Of a DNA stretch of 64,000 bases, positions 49,950-63,350 are shown in pieces. How positions within the stretch are numbered: the first letter of the stretch is position 1; the number at the start of each line of letters is the position of its first letter. Origin of the DNA: Antedon mediterranea. Taxonomy: Eukaryota > Animalia > Echinodermata. Position numbers and translations under genes: made by a program. The notes under the pieces are model-generated. The model was given only the letters and a program-made list of their open reading frames with translations. It made no database searches and was not told the DNA's origin. The stretch is from positions 15,472,912 through 15,536,911 of the forward strand of contig NC_092675.1 of assembly GCF_964355755.1 (NCBI RefSeq), read 5' to 3'.

Positions 49950-51470
49950 TAATTAGGTGATCATTTAGAATAAAATGATCACCTATTGTTATTGTACAAA
50001 ATCTTTATTATTGTTCTTCTTTATTTCTTTCTGTACAGATTTTGTGTAACAATTATCTCAAAAAGTTAAATTTCAATAATCACAAAAATTTCACAATATC
50101 TTTAAAATACTATAACTTCCTAATCAGCTTTTCAGCATGATCACTCAACCGTGACGTCATTTATACGCCATTTTGTGAAATCACATCAATCATATCTCCA
50201 TTCATTATCACATATTAATGAAATTCACTACACGTAAACTTCAGGTCAAGGGTAAAAATATTAGCATATAAAAGTTACGCGTTTCAAGGTCATGCACGTA
50301 AAATCGAGCGTTAAAAATTTAAAAAGCTCCAAATTAAGTTTTAATCAATTTAGAGCATGAATTAGGCCATTTGCGTGTTTCCAAAAATGACTGCGCAAAA
50401 ACAATTTTTTTGTACAAATCGCATTCTACTCACCATCCTTAGTACATTCACCAAATTTGAGTCCGTTCCAACTTAAAATAACGCTATACGGACAGGTTAA
50501 AAATGACAAAATGCGCACATTAATTGCATCAAAGTGTTGAAAATGGTGAAAAATAAGGCATTTTTAAAATGAAAATAATTCTTCAGAATGCACGATGACC
50601 CCAATTTTTTTTTAACTTATTCCGGAAGTCATTGAGTTGTAGATATGAATTCATGTACACATTTTACGTACAAAATGTTGTGACATCATGGCCACTTGAA
50701 TTTAAAATTAAGTTTTTTTTATCTTTCGTCATATTTTATCACATTCAATAGAACGCATCTCTGTTATTTTGTGCCCGTTTTCGCTCAAATTTTAGTATGT
50801 GATTGCTCAATTAATTGACTTCCTCATGACTTGCCACTATTTTTATTTTTATGACGTCATCACGCGTAAAAACTTGAATAACGTAGGTCGTGTAATTTCA
50901 CCTTCGCCGTAAATTTGAATATCTTACAGCTCTTCAGAATTGAAAGTTACCTTGATGATTATAAATTATTATGAAAGCTGATGAAATGTAGATGAATTCA
51001 TATAAAAATCAAGCCTATCGGATGTTGTGACGTTAACATATGGCCAGTTGAAGTTTAAAAGTAGTTTTTTCATCTTTTTCGTCGAAGTTATACAAATTTC
51101 AAAGAGCGCGCACAGCGCTTCTACGTGCCTCTTCCAATTCTTATATTTATTTGCTCAATTCATTATCTTTCGAAATTGTCATCTTCGAGTTTATTTTGAT
51201 AATTCCATCATACCAAAAAATTAGAACATGATGTGTGTCCCGTAATTTCACCTATGCTACACATTATAGAGATATATACATTATATACTGTACATATTGT
51301 ATATGGCATATAATAGGCACAACTCAGCACTATAAGCGTATTATAGGATGGCATACATCAACATTTTACGATCGTATGTTAACGTACGTGCACGTAAAAA
51401 AAAATTTATTTCAGTAAAATGATTAAAATGATCACCTATGATTTGTCAAAGTGACGAATTAAATTCTAGT
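49950..51470 (+). mobile_element. Helentron/HINE-type element, relative of terminal family 1
   Basis: 5' hairpin TAGGTGATCATTT...AAATGATCACCTA, 3' subterminal IR AAAATGATCACCTA, stem-loop ATTTGTCA-AAG-TGACGAAT, and a CTAGT end. Confidence 0.8.
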
Positions 51471-51527
51471 TTAAACTTTACTTTACTCTTATACAGCAAG
51501 TCAAGCAAAACTATTGTATGCATATTA

Positions 51528-51615
51528 TCAACTGATTATGTTAAAATATGATGACAACAGTTCCTCTCCTTCATGAATGTCTCGTAAAGATACCAGCACA
51601 ACTGAGCGAATTAAT
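51528..51615 (-). CDS. SETD9: SET domain-containing protein 9, terminal exon
   Basis: LIRSVVLVSLRDIHEGEELLSSYFNIIS*, with acceptor CCCTAG. It matches the SETD9 C-terminus as I recall it. Confidence 0.92.
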
Positions 51616-51829
51616 CTAGGGGGTAAAAAACAAAGAAAGAATGCAATATAAAATAACAAAGTGTACTCTCTTGTGGTGATTTTACCTACCTTTTTCAAGT
51701 TTACACATATCATTTAAAATATAAAATAGTGTAAAGTCATCACCACATTCAAATACCGAATTTTCTAATTACATGTACACTATGTATATTTATTTCATTA
51801 AATCTTTTTTATTTTAACGTTTTGTCTAA

Positions 51830-51950
51830 GTCTCATTTGAGGCTTAGAGAATGGATTGGAAAGAGTAGTGAGTTACAACCTGGCACTGGGTCAGGATTGA
51901 ACCCTGAACCTTGGGATTGGAAGGCAAGCATGTTAACCACCAAGATACAA
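51830..51950 (-). mobile_element. Decayed tRNA-derived SINE
   Basis: The minus strand shows GGTGGTTAACATG (A-box-like) and GGGTTCAATCC (B box). Confidence 0.5.
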
Positions 51951-52003
51951 TTCCACTACATGATTTTCTTCCAGTGCGGTACGATAACTCATGTTTGGCC
52001 TAC

Positions 52004-52130
52004 CTGTTAGTTGAGCTTTGCCCAATATCAGAACTGGCACTATAGCATATGTATGGCAAATACTTTCGTAATTCAAATGCAAAATTTTCAGTAAAATCTA
52101 TTTCTTGGTATGCAACGTTGGCAGGAAATT
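52004..52130 (-). CDS. SETD9: SETD9 penultimate exon (not in the ORF track)
   Basis: FPANVAYQEIDFTENFAFELRKYLPYICY. Acceptor TTATAG and donor GTAGGC; phases are consistent. Confidence 0.92.
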
Positions 52131-52234
52131 CTATAAAAGTAAAAATTAAATCAATTTAAGTTTTTCAATAAAATATTTATTTTAAAAGTCTGATAAAGTA
52201 TAATATAAATTACTAGAATAAACAATGAACTTAC

Positions 52235-52350
52235 TCTTAGTTTGATTGTTAACATACTGTCCAATAGATAAAGGGTTTGAGAGTTCATGGGTCAACCACG
52301 ACATATCGCTCACCATGTACGGACCAACACAATCACGTTGTGAACATGAT
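52235..52350 (-). CDS. SETD9: SETD9 exon
   Basis: SCSQRDCVGPYMVSDMSWL...NPLSIGQYVNN. Acceptor TTTAG and donor GTAAGT. Confidence 0.94.
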
Positions 52351-52392
52351 CTAAATGAAAATTTAAACATTTTCTAAAGGATGAACTTAATT

Positions 52393-52680
52393 CCGTATAT
52401 CCTCGAGTATAATCCCACTTCGGGTCTAGTCCCACCCCTACTGTATATTTGATTTCACAAACAGGCATACTACCGTATCCCTGGGGATAGTCTCAGTATT
52501 AACTTTTGGGTGGATGTAGGCCTCTTTCTAACCAGTTCTGATGAGTTTTTAAAAGCGATGCTTACCAATCATGTTTTTTTTCCTGAACTAGGCTTTCCTC
52601 AGATATTGTCCCACCCCAAAAGTCGGCCCAATTTCGTATTTTATGGGGATGGGATTATACCAGAGGATATACTGTACGGT
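52393..52680. mobile_element. Tc1/mariner (pogo/Tigger-like) MITE in a SETD9 intron
   Basis: Imperfect TIRs CCGTATATCCTCGAGTATAATCCCA / TGGGATTATACCAGAGGATATA(CTGTA)CGG. Confidence 0.65.
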
Positions 52681-52858
52681 ATATTATACAATGACTGTCT
52701 CTGAGTGTGACGGTACAAATAATTTCGAGAGATGACAGATGAAAGGTTATATTTTTACAAGGCGACAGCACAAATAAAATAACATCGACATTGGTTTGAT
52801 TTGTTATTAAATATGTGATTGTTTTTTCGGTAAAATATTAAGGAATGATAAACTTTAC

Positions 52859-52982
52859 CTAAAGATCATTTTTGACAGTCTCTTATCATTACCATCAATG
52901 TGAATTCCATCAAGACAGCGGAATATGAATGAATTATTTATTGACTGGAAGAAAATCGGGTCGTATGGTTGATAAATTGTAC
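52859..52982 (-). CDS. SETD9: SETD9 exon (most 5' exon found; not in the ORF track)
   Basis: GTIYQPYDPIFFQSINNSFIFRCLDGIHIDGNDKRLSKMIFR. Acceptor TTATAG and donor GTAAAG. Confidence 0.95.
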
Positions 52983-53012
52983 CTATAAAAAATGAATACC
53001 TTTTAATACTAC

Positions 53013-55920
53013 TGTACTACTAGTAGAGAGATAAAACATATGTGGGTTTATTTCTTCTAATGTTACCATATCTACCCACCAATCAGCAGTCTCCGAAGAG
53101 GACAGTTCCACAAATTAAGAAAGGGGTGTAGACGTCTTACATGAACACATTTCGCTACATCCCCCCACCTCTCAACATGATTCGTCACTTGAATCATCAA
53201 ATACAATTATAAAGGTTACATAAATTTAACTCAGAGGGTCTACTATTATTATTCTTGGAGAAATCTTGCCGGACGGTTCAGATTCTGCCGTTTGGGATAT
53301 CGTGTTAAGTCATCTGGTTTGGGTCCTGATGAGTCGGGAATAGTAGAAGTGTGCGGTGTATTTACAGTTAGATCTGGTCCTTTGGACAGCTTTTTTGCAG
53401 ATCAGGTAACGATTGTTAGTTTTGGGGAGACTCCTTTTGTCATACATGAGTGCGAAACTCCCCTCGTTCGAATAAGGTCCACCAGCCAAACGGTCATATA
53501 ATAACTACTTCGGCCGGTTCAACGGATACAACAGCCTATCTGCCAAACATCATCATGAACAGGGTTTCTCCCGTAGACTCATGTTGAGTTGTTCTGTAAG
53601 CAAATATCGCATATGGCAAGGATCGGAATGTGTCTGCATCATGATTGCTACCACATCCACTAGTTTCCGATTAAATCGCTTAAATAAGTCATCGGACTTC
53701 GTATTTTAGGGTGTCGTTCTGGTCTTACGGTGGCAAGTAATGTGCACAACATCTCTGCAGCCGACTCAAAGTTTCTACCCTGATGATAGTGTAGTTTTTT
53801 AGGTACTCCGTATTGAAGCACGAATTCCTCCACAAACTTTTTGGTCACTGTCTCTGCATATTCATCAGCAATCGAATAAGCTTCCAGTCATTTGGTTAGA
53901 TACTCGCCCACCACAAGCACGGACTTGTTGCTTCTAATCGACTGGGGTAGGGGAGCCAGGATGCACATTGCTACCCGTTCCATTGGTTCATGCGCTGTGG
54001 TGGGATCTTTCGATTAGCACATGGCCCACACTTCCTTATATGCTTGTACATCCAGGTGCATTCGGGGCCAATAAAATATTTGTTTCAATTTTTTTAATTT
54101 TTTTTCCCACTGGTAACACCTCTGTGCACTTCGTCCATTTTCTGAGACCGGAGCTTACTTGAAAACACAACTTTCCATGTACTGGTCTCCGTAATCGTTT
54201 TCAAATTTTCTGCACCATTTCATATTTCTAACAGGTCCCATAGTAACCAATATGCCCGTTTCGCCGGAGACATGCCCACCCAATCGGGCCTAGCAGTACC
54301 ATTTTCTTTCACGCGGTACACCCATCATGCGATGGATTTATCCTTTAACTGCTGGGTTTTTAATGCTTCGTTCGGTATTTCCGGTTCTAGTCGTGATAAT
54401 CGGATATGGTTTTCGACTGGTGGTTTGACACAGGTTGTTCATGTACAAGTTTCCCTGCAAGTACATGTTCTTTAGGTACAGGTTCTTCTGCAAGTACAGG
54501 TTTGTTAGGTACAGGCTCTTCTGCGAGTACAGGTTTTTTCGGTAACAGGTTCCTCTGCAAGTACGGTCGACGAGATAATCCATCAGCATTGAACTGAACA
54601 AGCTTACAACCTCAATTCACCTGGCTAGTTTATGTTTCATCGAAAGATAAATGATCGGTCCGGATTGATTTTTTGTTCATATACGTAGGCCCAAATGTCC
54701 GTTCGACTCCCGTAAGTCGTTCCTGTCCATCACGGTCCTGTGATAAGACCCATCCTAATGCATAATTACTAGCATCTGTGTCCAGAATAAATCCAACGTC
54801 TTGATTCAGATAAGCCGGGATAGGTTGAAGTCTGTAACATCTGTTTAAGGATTTCAAATTCACGTTGCTTCTGCATTCTCACCCCATTCGGTTTTTGCTC
54901 TGCGTCTCAGAATCGCTGAAACACCTTTTCCAATCTGGCTATCTCGTCCTCTATGGAGTTGGCATACACTATCACATCGTCTAAGTAAATCAATAACTCT
55001 TTCCATTGCATCCCGTTCAATGCCCGTTCCATAAGTCGTTCGAAAGTGAACGACGCGTTGCGCAGTTTGTAAGCCATAATAGTCCACGTGTAATGGTCAC
55101 CCCCTACTACAAATGCAGCCTTCTCCTCATTCCACTTGCCAACCGGAAGCTAAGTCTAATAAGTAGTTAACCACTTTTTCCCCGATAATGCATCAATAGA
55201 ATCATCGATTCTGGGCAACGGGTATGTATACGTCTTTGACAGCACCTGGTTCTCTATAGGTTGTCGGCGTGAGGTTCTCTTACATGAGCAGCATCCTTGG
55301 TTTATGTCGTGCTTTACTAGAATGGCTCATTCAAGATCGACATCACTGGCAGCAAATACGTCTTGATAATCGTATATCAACTTCTGAATTTTACTATGGG
55401 GACTACAGTATGTTTGACATCCTTTATGCTACGGTCATAAAGCTCCACCAAATGCACAGGTATCTCACCAGATAGTGTCTCTCTCTCTCTGGTAGTGACA
55501 GGACACCAACTTTCGTATTAGAATAGAATAGAAAAATCCATTCACCTTCTGTTCAATGGTTCTTTCTATTACGCTGTAGCAATGCACTAACACTCCGGTC
55601 AAAAGTTTCATGACTGAGCGGCCATGTGGTTCTCTGTCCACCGTGGTACACCTGAATCTGTCGTTCCCCAAGCCTAATTCTAGAGTGGGGATGACTGGTG
55701 CTGTTAGGTCCGCAAATATTACCCTAATGGTTCGACAGGTATTACCTACTCGTACTTCAACCTTAGCGCTTACCTTGGTCTTGAGAGTTCTGATGATAAT
55801 TTAAACAGGCACGGGCGCAGGTTCACTGGTATCTGGTTGTATAAGGAAGTAGAGGTGCCCGTTGTTCCGGTATCTACTAACAGGTTTCTGTCTGTTTCTG
55901 TCACGGTCGCTTTTTACGTA
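53013..55920 (-). mobile_element. Ty3/Gypsy LTR retrotransposon remnant (RT, RNase H, integrase, PPT, short 3' LTR)
   Basis: The minus strand reads YPLPRIDDSIDAL, IYLDDVIV, FILDTDASNYALG, YGVPKKLH..QGRNFES and GDLVG-like remnants. PPT AGAGGTGGGGGGA is followed by TGTAGCG at 53159. Confidence 0.9.
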
Positions 55921-55929
55921 CGACCTTTT

Positions 55930-57260
55930 TCTCGGATTTCAATTGAATTGAAAAAAACATTTATATATATATACAAATATGCCAGTATTTTATATGAATA
56001 TGTTGAAAGCAGCTTTAAAGTTAAACAATATTGTATATTATTTAGAGCCGCAAAATTTACAAGAAATTAAGTCACAAAACTTATGGGAAAACAAATTTAT
56101 AACATCAATTGAGGGAAAATCTCTATTTTCAACACCTGGTTAAACTCTGGATACAAAACAGTAAATGATATAGTCGTTAATAACAGGTTATTGACGGCAG
56201 CAGAAATTATTCCAACTCTTTCGAATAAACAGAATGGATTAATTGAATACTTTGCAATACCTGATATATGGAAAGAACAAATAAGGTTGGAAAATGCACG
56301 CATAGATATACTATTAAGAAAACATAATATATTTGATAATAGGATAAGATCGTCTTACTATTATAAGCAAATGATATGTATTATTCCAAATCCTCAAATG
56401 AAATGGGAAGTAGAATTTAGAAATGAAATTATTGACTGGAATGAAATATGGAATAGAAAAGTATGTAGAATGAAACACAGTAAAAGTAGCTCAATTTAAT
56501 TTTAAGTTGTTACATCGAATCCTTATATGTAAAAAAGACTAAAAAGATGAAAATTATCTACAACAGACAAATGTACAGTAATAAGTGTAAGAATCATATA
56601 GAAAATGAAAAACACTTATTAATTGCATGTAAAACTATTCAACCTGTCTGGAGAAAGTTTAAAGATATGCTGGTTCAGTGTCTCCCAAATGAGGTTACAG
56701 TACAACAAGACTTCCTAAAGTGGGTTAATATAATTTTGGGAACAACAAACAAACTTGTAAACGAATTAATTTCAGTTTTTACTTTTTGTATATTTTATAT
56801 AAATCCTCCATAATATATAAAGAACTAGAAACGACAAAAAAAAAAAAGAATCTGCAAATATTTGGGGTCTATTTAAAAATGAAATTATAATTAACCTCAT
56901 AAATAATGAGTATTCGTATAACTTTTATACTGCTGATCAGAAATGGAAAAATACTGTAGTAAAGACAAGATATTTGACCTAGTATTGAATAATTAAAATA
57001 TATATGTGCTGGAGATCTCTCTCCCTACGTTTTATAATTGTATTTTATATTAGTGTGACATATACTGTATAAGTTTTAATTTAAATGTGTAGCCCTTTTT
57101 TATTTCAAGTGATTTTAAATGTAACCCTTGATTATGTTTCAATAATATATGAAATCCGCAATATTCAGCATGTCTGTATAATATATATTGTATGTAGGTC
57201 ATAAGTAAATGTTTTTAATAATTGTAATTTTTTTTTTTTTTTATTCATTAAAAAAAATAC
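55930..57260 (+). mobile_element. L1/Tx1-type LINE 3' fragment
   Basis: IDWNEIW...FNFKLLHRIL..C...C..ENEKHLLIAC...VW, a C-terminal zinc-knuckle region, followed by an AT-rich UTR and A tract. Confidence 0.7.
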
Positions 57261-58319
57261 TATGTCATTAAAAAAAAACATGTTTTAACAATAATCATAA
57301 ATATGTACGCGTCACTTGCATGTGACAACAAAAATTGAGAACATGACCTTTGTTTTTAATATTTTAATAATACAAGAGAATATACATATTATATGCCTTA
57401 TTATAGTGAACTTGTATATATTTAAATAATTTGTACTGAAAACTGAAATAAAAGTGGGCCCATAAAAGACCAAAAAAAAACCATTTATTTACATCCAAAA
57501 GACAAATAGTAACAAAAATAATAATGGCAAGAGATAAGTTAGAAAATGGACGGATGGCAGGATCTAAAAAAAAACTCACGAAAGATTGAATTCTTTCCTA
57601 TACATTAGTGTGTCGTTGTAAGTCCGAATACACACATTTTTAGTGATTTATATTGCACAAGTCACAAATAACGCGGCAACAACACGCTACAAAAGCCGAC
57701 GAAACGTAGGTAATTCGATAAACAAACGACAGAGCTGATATGTGGGACCATATCGATTCTCTCAAGCACGTTGTATATCATAGGCGGCGTCCTGTAACTG
57801 GCGCTAGTATACTGTATATTGTACAGTACTATGTTGTTGTTGTTGTTGTTTTAGCGTTGAAAACTTAAGCAGCGTTTTGTGGGTACCCATTTTGTGGTAG
57901 ACAGATGGCAATAAGCAATGGATACCGATTTCGAATAAGAACCGAAATGTATTTATTATACGTTTTCTTATTATTGTTACGGCCTAAACCATAAAGAAAA
58001 TACACTTTGCCATTGCCGATGAAGGAAGCTTAGTATGTGTTAACTAGCTAGCTAAGCAACAAACTCAATTCAAGAAGTGTGGCCTGCGATCGCGATGCAA
58101 TATGTATTTGCGAAGTAGACCTATGTCTAAGGTCTAGCTAGCCGTAGCATTTTTGTTTACAAATCTGTAAGTCGAAGTTCGCATAACTCGAATTTTTATA
58201 CCAGTCCCATTATATTTGACTTGGGCGGAGTTATTGGGAGAGACCCGGAGGATGCCACAGGTGATAGGGAACGGTTAGTGAGATAGCTTTTAAAAATTAA
58301 AAACATTTAAAAAGTAAAA

Positions 58320-58480
58320 TATTATGGTCAATGGTGTCGAAAGCCTCGAAAGATCGATGAAAAGTCTGATTGAAAATTGACGATTTTCGAATGCATGCAT
58401 GAATAATATTGTTTTGTTAGCGAGATCGTCAGAGCCATGGCGGTATTATGTCCTTTTCTAAAGCCATATTGCCTCTTAAA
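58320..58480 (-). mobile_element. Small LINE RT fragment
   Basis: QYGFRKGHNTAMAL...IDL..AFDTIDH. Confidence 0.7.
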
Positions 58481-60871
58481 GAGAGGTTTTGTGACACCCG
58501 TTTGTTGATCATCATCATCATCAACTCTTTCCCAGGCTTTCAAAGATATTAGAGGGAGCGATATGGTGGTCAGACATCACGATTTGAAATTTGATAAAAT
58601 CAGGTTTTTACTAATTATTTTGTAGAAATTTAACTAGTAACTTGATTATTAATAGTTATAATTGAAGTTTGGTCTGGATTTGAATATTTGGGACGCAGGA
58701 TTGAAGTTATTTTTGTGGATTATTTTCTTAGGCCTAGAACTTGTGTTTTGATATTTTCAAGGTAGGGAATAATGGCTGCTCCAGGGTCCAAAGCTATGCC
58801 TACTAAGTCAAAGTCAACTGATACCCAACATGGAAGTGACATTGATGAATTGTCTAGTTTAAGTGTGGTTCCTGAGATTCACCAGTTCTGAAATCAGATA
58901 GGGGAATTTTTTGTGGCTTGTGTAAATATTAGTTTCACTCGCAGTGTCAAGGTGTGAATAAGACGAAGTATGATTGGTTAACAAAAGGTGATCCTTCTAT
59001 TTTTTGATATTGCCGTACTTGCACTACACTAGCGGGAAATCTTATGGGAGTTCTGAACGACGTTAGTAGTAACCAGAAACTAATGAAAGCGGAAATTAAT
59101 AGCATTAAAGTAGATGTTAAGAAAAATAGTGATGCGATACAACATTTTTCAGTAACACATGCTGAACACCAAACTGATACAAATTCCGAAGAGATGACTG
59201 AAAGACTTAGTCAGAGAAGTATTGTTATTGTCTTTAAACTTAAGGAGGGTGACTCTGCTGATGGTAAAGAGATGATAGAACCCAAGCAGAGCGGTCTGAA
59301 TATAAAAAGTTGCGGTATACTTTAAATGCTAGGATCGAGGCGGGCGAGAAGGATCTAGAAATTCGACGTGGCCATATAAGGAAAAAACCTCAATCAGAAA
59401 AAGACTTCAAAGAATTCTTCATTTTTTTCTTGTTTTTACACAAATTGTGACTCTTTGTTCAATACGAACGATGAGTAGGTTGCAAGAATAGCTAACGAAC
59501 AACCTGATTTTATTTTTTTAACTGAAGTTTTCCCTAAGAATTATTTATTCGAAATTGACTTCAATTGTTTGTTTCTTAATGGGTATAAATTTTTTCATCC
59601 AGAAAACTCAGTTCGGGGTATTGGAATTTATGTTAAGCATAATATATCAGTGTCAGAAGTTTGTTAGAAGGCAGAGTATACTGAATTCATTTTGTTAAAT
59701 TTGAAACTTTCAACAGATGAAACAATTTTGATCGGATGTATTTATAGAAGTCCAAATAGTACACCGGCCAATAATGAGTTGCTTGAAGATTTGTTAGGAA
59801 AGGTAGACAATTTCAATTCAGATCACATTTTAGTAGTTTGAGATTTCAATTATAAATCGATAGATTGAACATCGTTAGAAATTCCAGGTGATAGACTTTC
59901 AAGACATTTTTTTGAGTGTATTGAAGATTTGTTTTGGGTACAGCATTGTACACTACCTACAAGAGTTCGGGCAGGTGAAGAACCAAGTGTTTTTGACTTA
60001 ATTTTTTCTAGAGATGATTTCTTAATTAAGGATTTATGTTATAAACCGCCTCTTGGTCTTAGTGACCATGTTGTTTTGACCTTCAATATTGATTGTTCTA
60101 TAGAATCCATTGAAGTACAATTTATTACAAAGGAGATTATAACGGCATGTGAAAGTATTTAGAGGATCTGAACCTTGAGCAAGCTGCTTTAGATTTATCT
60201 GCTAATGATTTGGCTACATTGATCGAATGTTCCCTTCAGGATGGAATTTCAAAATGTATTCTTCTTAATAGAAAAGGTAGTGGAAAAAGAAAACAATGGA
60301 TGAATAGAGACGTGGAAGAAGTGATTAAATTAAATAAACATAAAGCGTGGAACATTATCAAAACGAAAGAGGTGAGTTGTCTTAGAATGAGTTTGTAAAA
60401 GCAAGAAATAGGACTACTGCGGAAGTTCGAAAAGTAAAAGCATCCTTTGAAAGAAAATTAGCTGCGGAAGTCAAAATTAATACTAAAGCATTTTAGACGT
60501 ACATAAAAAGCAATTCCAAATCTAAACAAGGTATTCCTGACTTGAAAGATAAAAATGGAGTTTTTGTGTCTTCTAATTCAATGAAAGCAGAAGTTTTTAA
60601 TACTGCCTTTGTTCAGGTTTTTACTGAGGAAGATTTAACCCAACCTCCCAATTTTGATGAAGTAAAGACGGATGCTTTGATTGATTCAGTTATGTTTGAA
60701 GTAGACGAAATTATTGAATATTTCAAGAGCTTAGATGTAAATAAATCTCCTGGTCCAGACATGATTAATTCTCGTGCATTGAAAGAAACTGCAGAAACAA
60801 TTGGTGGAGTAGTTACTGTAATATAATGTTTCGTTGTTGAGGTACTAATGAAGGACTCTGACTCGCTTGAC

Positions 60872-61216
60872 TGTCGTAACACATATATTATTTATTCAGT
60901 ATAATACTTCAGTACAATATACAACTATAAGTATAGATAAGGAACGCGGAGGATCAATGATGCTGTCGGTGAGGTGTGAAGTGTGTAGGTCTGCTGTGAG
61001 GTGTGTGCTCCGTGAGGTGGCTGTAAGGTGTGTGCTCCGTGAGGTGGCTGTAAGGTGTGTCTGGGCCCTTCTGAAACTTGGGAGTATATTGGCTCAGTTC
61101 ATTTGCATAATGTCATTACATCATCTGTGAGGGTAACGATTGGTCCTAAGTTGATCCAGGGGTGTTTAAGTGGGAGTGATTAACGGTATAATAAGGTATT
61201 TCTGTGATGGATGACA
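60872..61216. mobile_element. Unclassified insertion in the CR1, possibly a solo LTR
   Basis: It begins TGTC and has a candidate GACA end, a TTTATT near the start and a 27-bp internal tandem. No TSD was seen. Confidence 0.3.
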
Positions 61217-61477
61217 CTGTCAAATCTGTACTTAAATAGTGTCGATCACTCCTGGTTTAACGATGGGAAAGTCACAAAATTAAGCTAAGTGTTTTCTTTA
61301 GGGATTCTATTATAAACTAAATGGTCATTAAAACATCTGGACAAACTCTCCTTTGGACTTTCTGGGTCAAGTTTGTGAACCTATTTGAATTCCGATACAA
61401 AGGTCAATTTCTTAAATATAAAGGTATATCATTATATTACATTACTTTAGTTTTTAATTAATTGATGTTTGAAGGAG

Positions 61478-61809
61478 TAGTGAGTGAGTGAGTGGCCGAG
61501 CGGTTAAGACAGTGGAACCGTAATCACGTAGCCATAACATCGGCAGGGGTTCGAGGCTCACTCACTCCATGGTTCTGGTGGTAGAACGAGTCTTCTCGGA
61601 TAAGGACTATAAACCGTAGGTCCAGTGTACACAACTTGCTCGTGTGCACTTTAAAGAACCTAGTACATCTTTCGAGACGAGTAGGGGGTTACCCCGGTGT
61701 ATTAGTACATCACAGCCACTGATCACCAACTGGGCCCTCTGGGAGATCAGTCTTTGACTGAAGAGGTCACCCAGTATAAAGATAAAACAAACAAACAAAC
61801 AAAACAAAC
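61478..61809 (+). mobile_element. tRNA-derived SINE with (AAAC)n tail
   Basis: A box TGGCCGAGCGG and B box GGTTCGAGGC, central CTCGGATAAGGACTATAAACCG...TAAAGAACC, and an AAAC tail. Confidence 0.85.
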
Positions 61810-61985
61810 TCATGGAAAAGAGCCGATGTTGTCCCTTTGTATAAAAAAGGTGATAAGTCTGAACCTCTCAATTATAGACCAGTTAGCTTAACTTCTGTAA
61901 TGTGTAAGTCAATGGAAAAACTTGTTAAAGACAAAATATACAAACATCTAGAATCACATCATTTAATTTCAAATCAACAACATGG

Positions 61986-62086
61986 TTTTTAGTCGCGTGG
62001 ACGCGACTCTATAGTTCACTATGTCGGTCGGTCGGTCCGGTATCACTATGCGTTTTAGCACGCGACTTATGGCTGTTGGTCTTGTT
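61986..62086 (+). mobile_element. Minimal ~100-bp HINE (family-2 termini only)
   Basis: Same 5' and 3' ends as 16368-17171 with no core. It is inserted in the T run of CR1 QHGF. Confidence 0.85.
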
Positions 62087-63350
62087 CGTGTACAACCCAG
62101 TTAATTGAGGTCATTGATTTGTGGTCAGTATGGTTGGATAATGGTTTTTCTTTTGATTGTATTTATTTTGACTTTCAGAAGGCCTTGATAAAGTGCCTCA
62201 TGGTAGATTGTTATCTAAACTCAGGTCTTATGGTATTTCTAGCAACTTGTAAAGGTGGATCGAGTGTTTTTTGAGTGATCGAAAACAAAGAATTGTGGTA
62301 AATGAGAAGAAGTCGGTGTGGCGAGATGTTATTAGCAGAGGGCCTCAGGGCAGTGTCCTGGGGCCATTATTATTTTTCATTTTTAAAAATGATCTACCAG
62401 ACGCTATTTCCCAATCTGTCATTAAGCTCTTTGCAGACGATACAAAGTTGTTCAGAATAATTCAATCCGATTCAGATAGAAATTTAATGCAGATTGATAT
62501 AGATACAATGTGCAAATGGTCTCATGATTGGCAGCTACCGTTTAATTTGACCAAGTGTAAAGTCACATATTTTGGGTCAAAGAATTTGAAGTACAGTATG
62601 AATACTTTATTGGCCTTGGTGATAACAAAGTTGGTATTGATAGCGTTTCTCAAGAGACAGATTTAAGAATACTGATTGATCATAAATTAGACTTCTCTGC
62701 CCATACTTCCAAGGTTGTTAAATCTGCAAACAGGATACTCGGTATGGTGACTAGATCTTTCAAATATCTTGATAGTAATAGTTATATGTATCTGTACAAA
62801 TCTATGATCAGACCTATATTGGAATATGGTGGTAGTTCACGGACACCTCTGTATCAGAAAGATTACAATCGTTTAGAAAAAGTCCAACAGAGATCCACAA
62901 GGTTAGTGTCTGAATTGAGGAGTAAGTTATATGCATAGAGATTGAAGTTATTGGATTTGCCTACCTTAGCCTTTAGAAGGAAAAGAATGGATTTAATTCA
63001 AACTTTTAAAATCTTTCATAAATTTGATAATATCTAGGCAGGAAAATTATTTCAAAGATCTAAATACCAGAAAACCAGGGGGAATGTTTTAAGGTATCGA
63101 AATCCAAATATAATAAAAACATTAGAAAAAGAGCATATGCAGTTAGAGTTATAAATGATTGGAACTCGCTACCAAACCATATTGTGACGGAACCAATGAT
63201 TAACAAGTTCAAAGCCGGCATTGTAAAGTTATGGTCTGACCACCATCTCAAGTTTTGCCCATGTTACCGAGGAGTTCTCATTGATGACAATGGAAGGACA
63301 AATGAGCTAGTTCTCAAAGTCCAACGGTTCAAGGTATATTCAAGGTATAT

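Larger units (their letters stand above)
58560..63350 (+). mobile_element. CR1-clade LINE, near full length and decayed (PHD ORF1, endonuclease, RT)
   Basis: PHD-like FCGLC..FHSQC...CRTC, then YTNCDSL, IYRSPN, GLSDH, KSPGPD, WKRADVVPLYKKG, NYRPVSLTS, GPQGSVLGPLLF, LFADDTKL and LYKSMIRPILEY. It ends in a (TTCAAGGTATA)2 tail. Confidence 0.92.
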
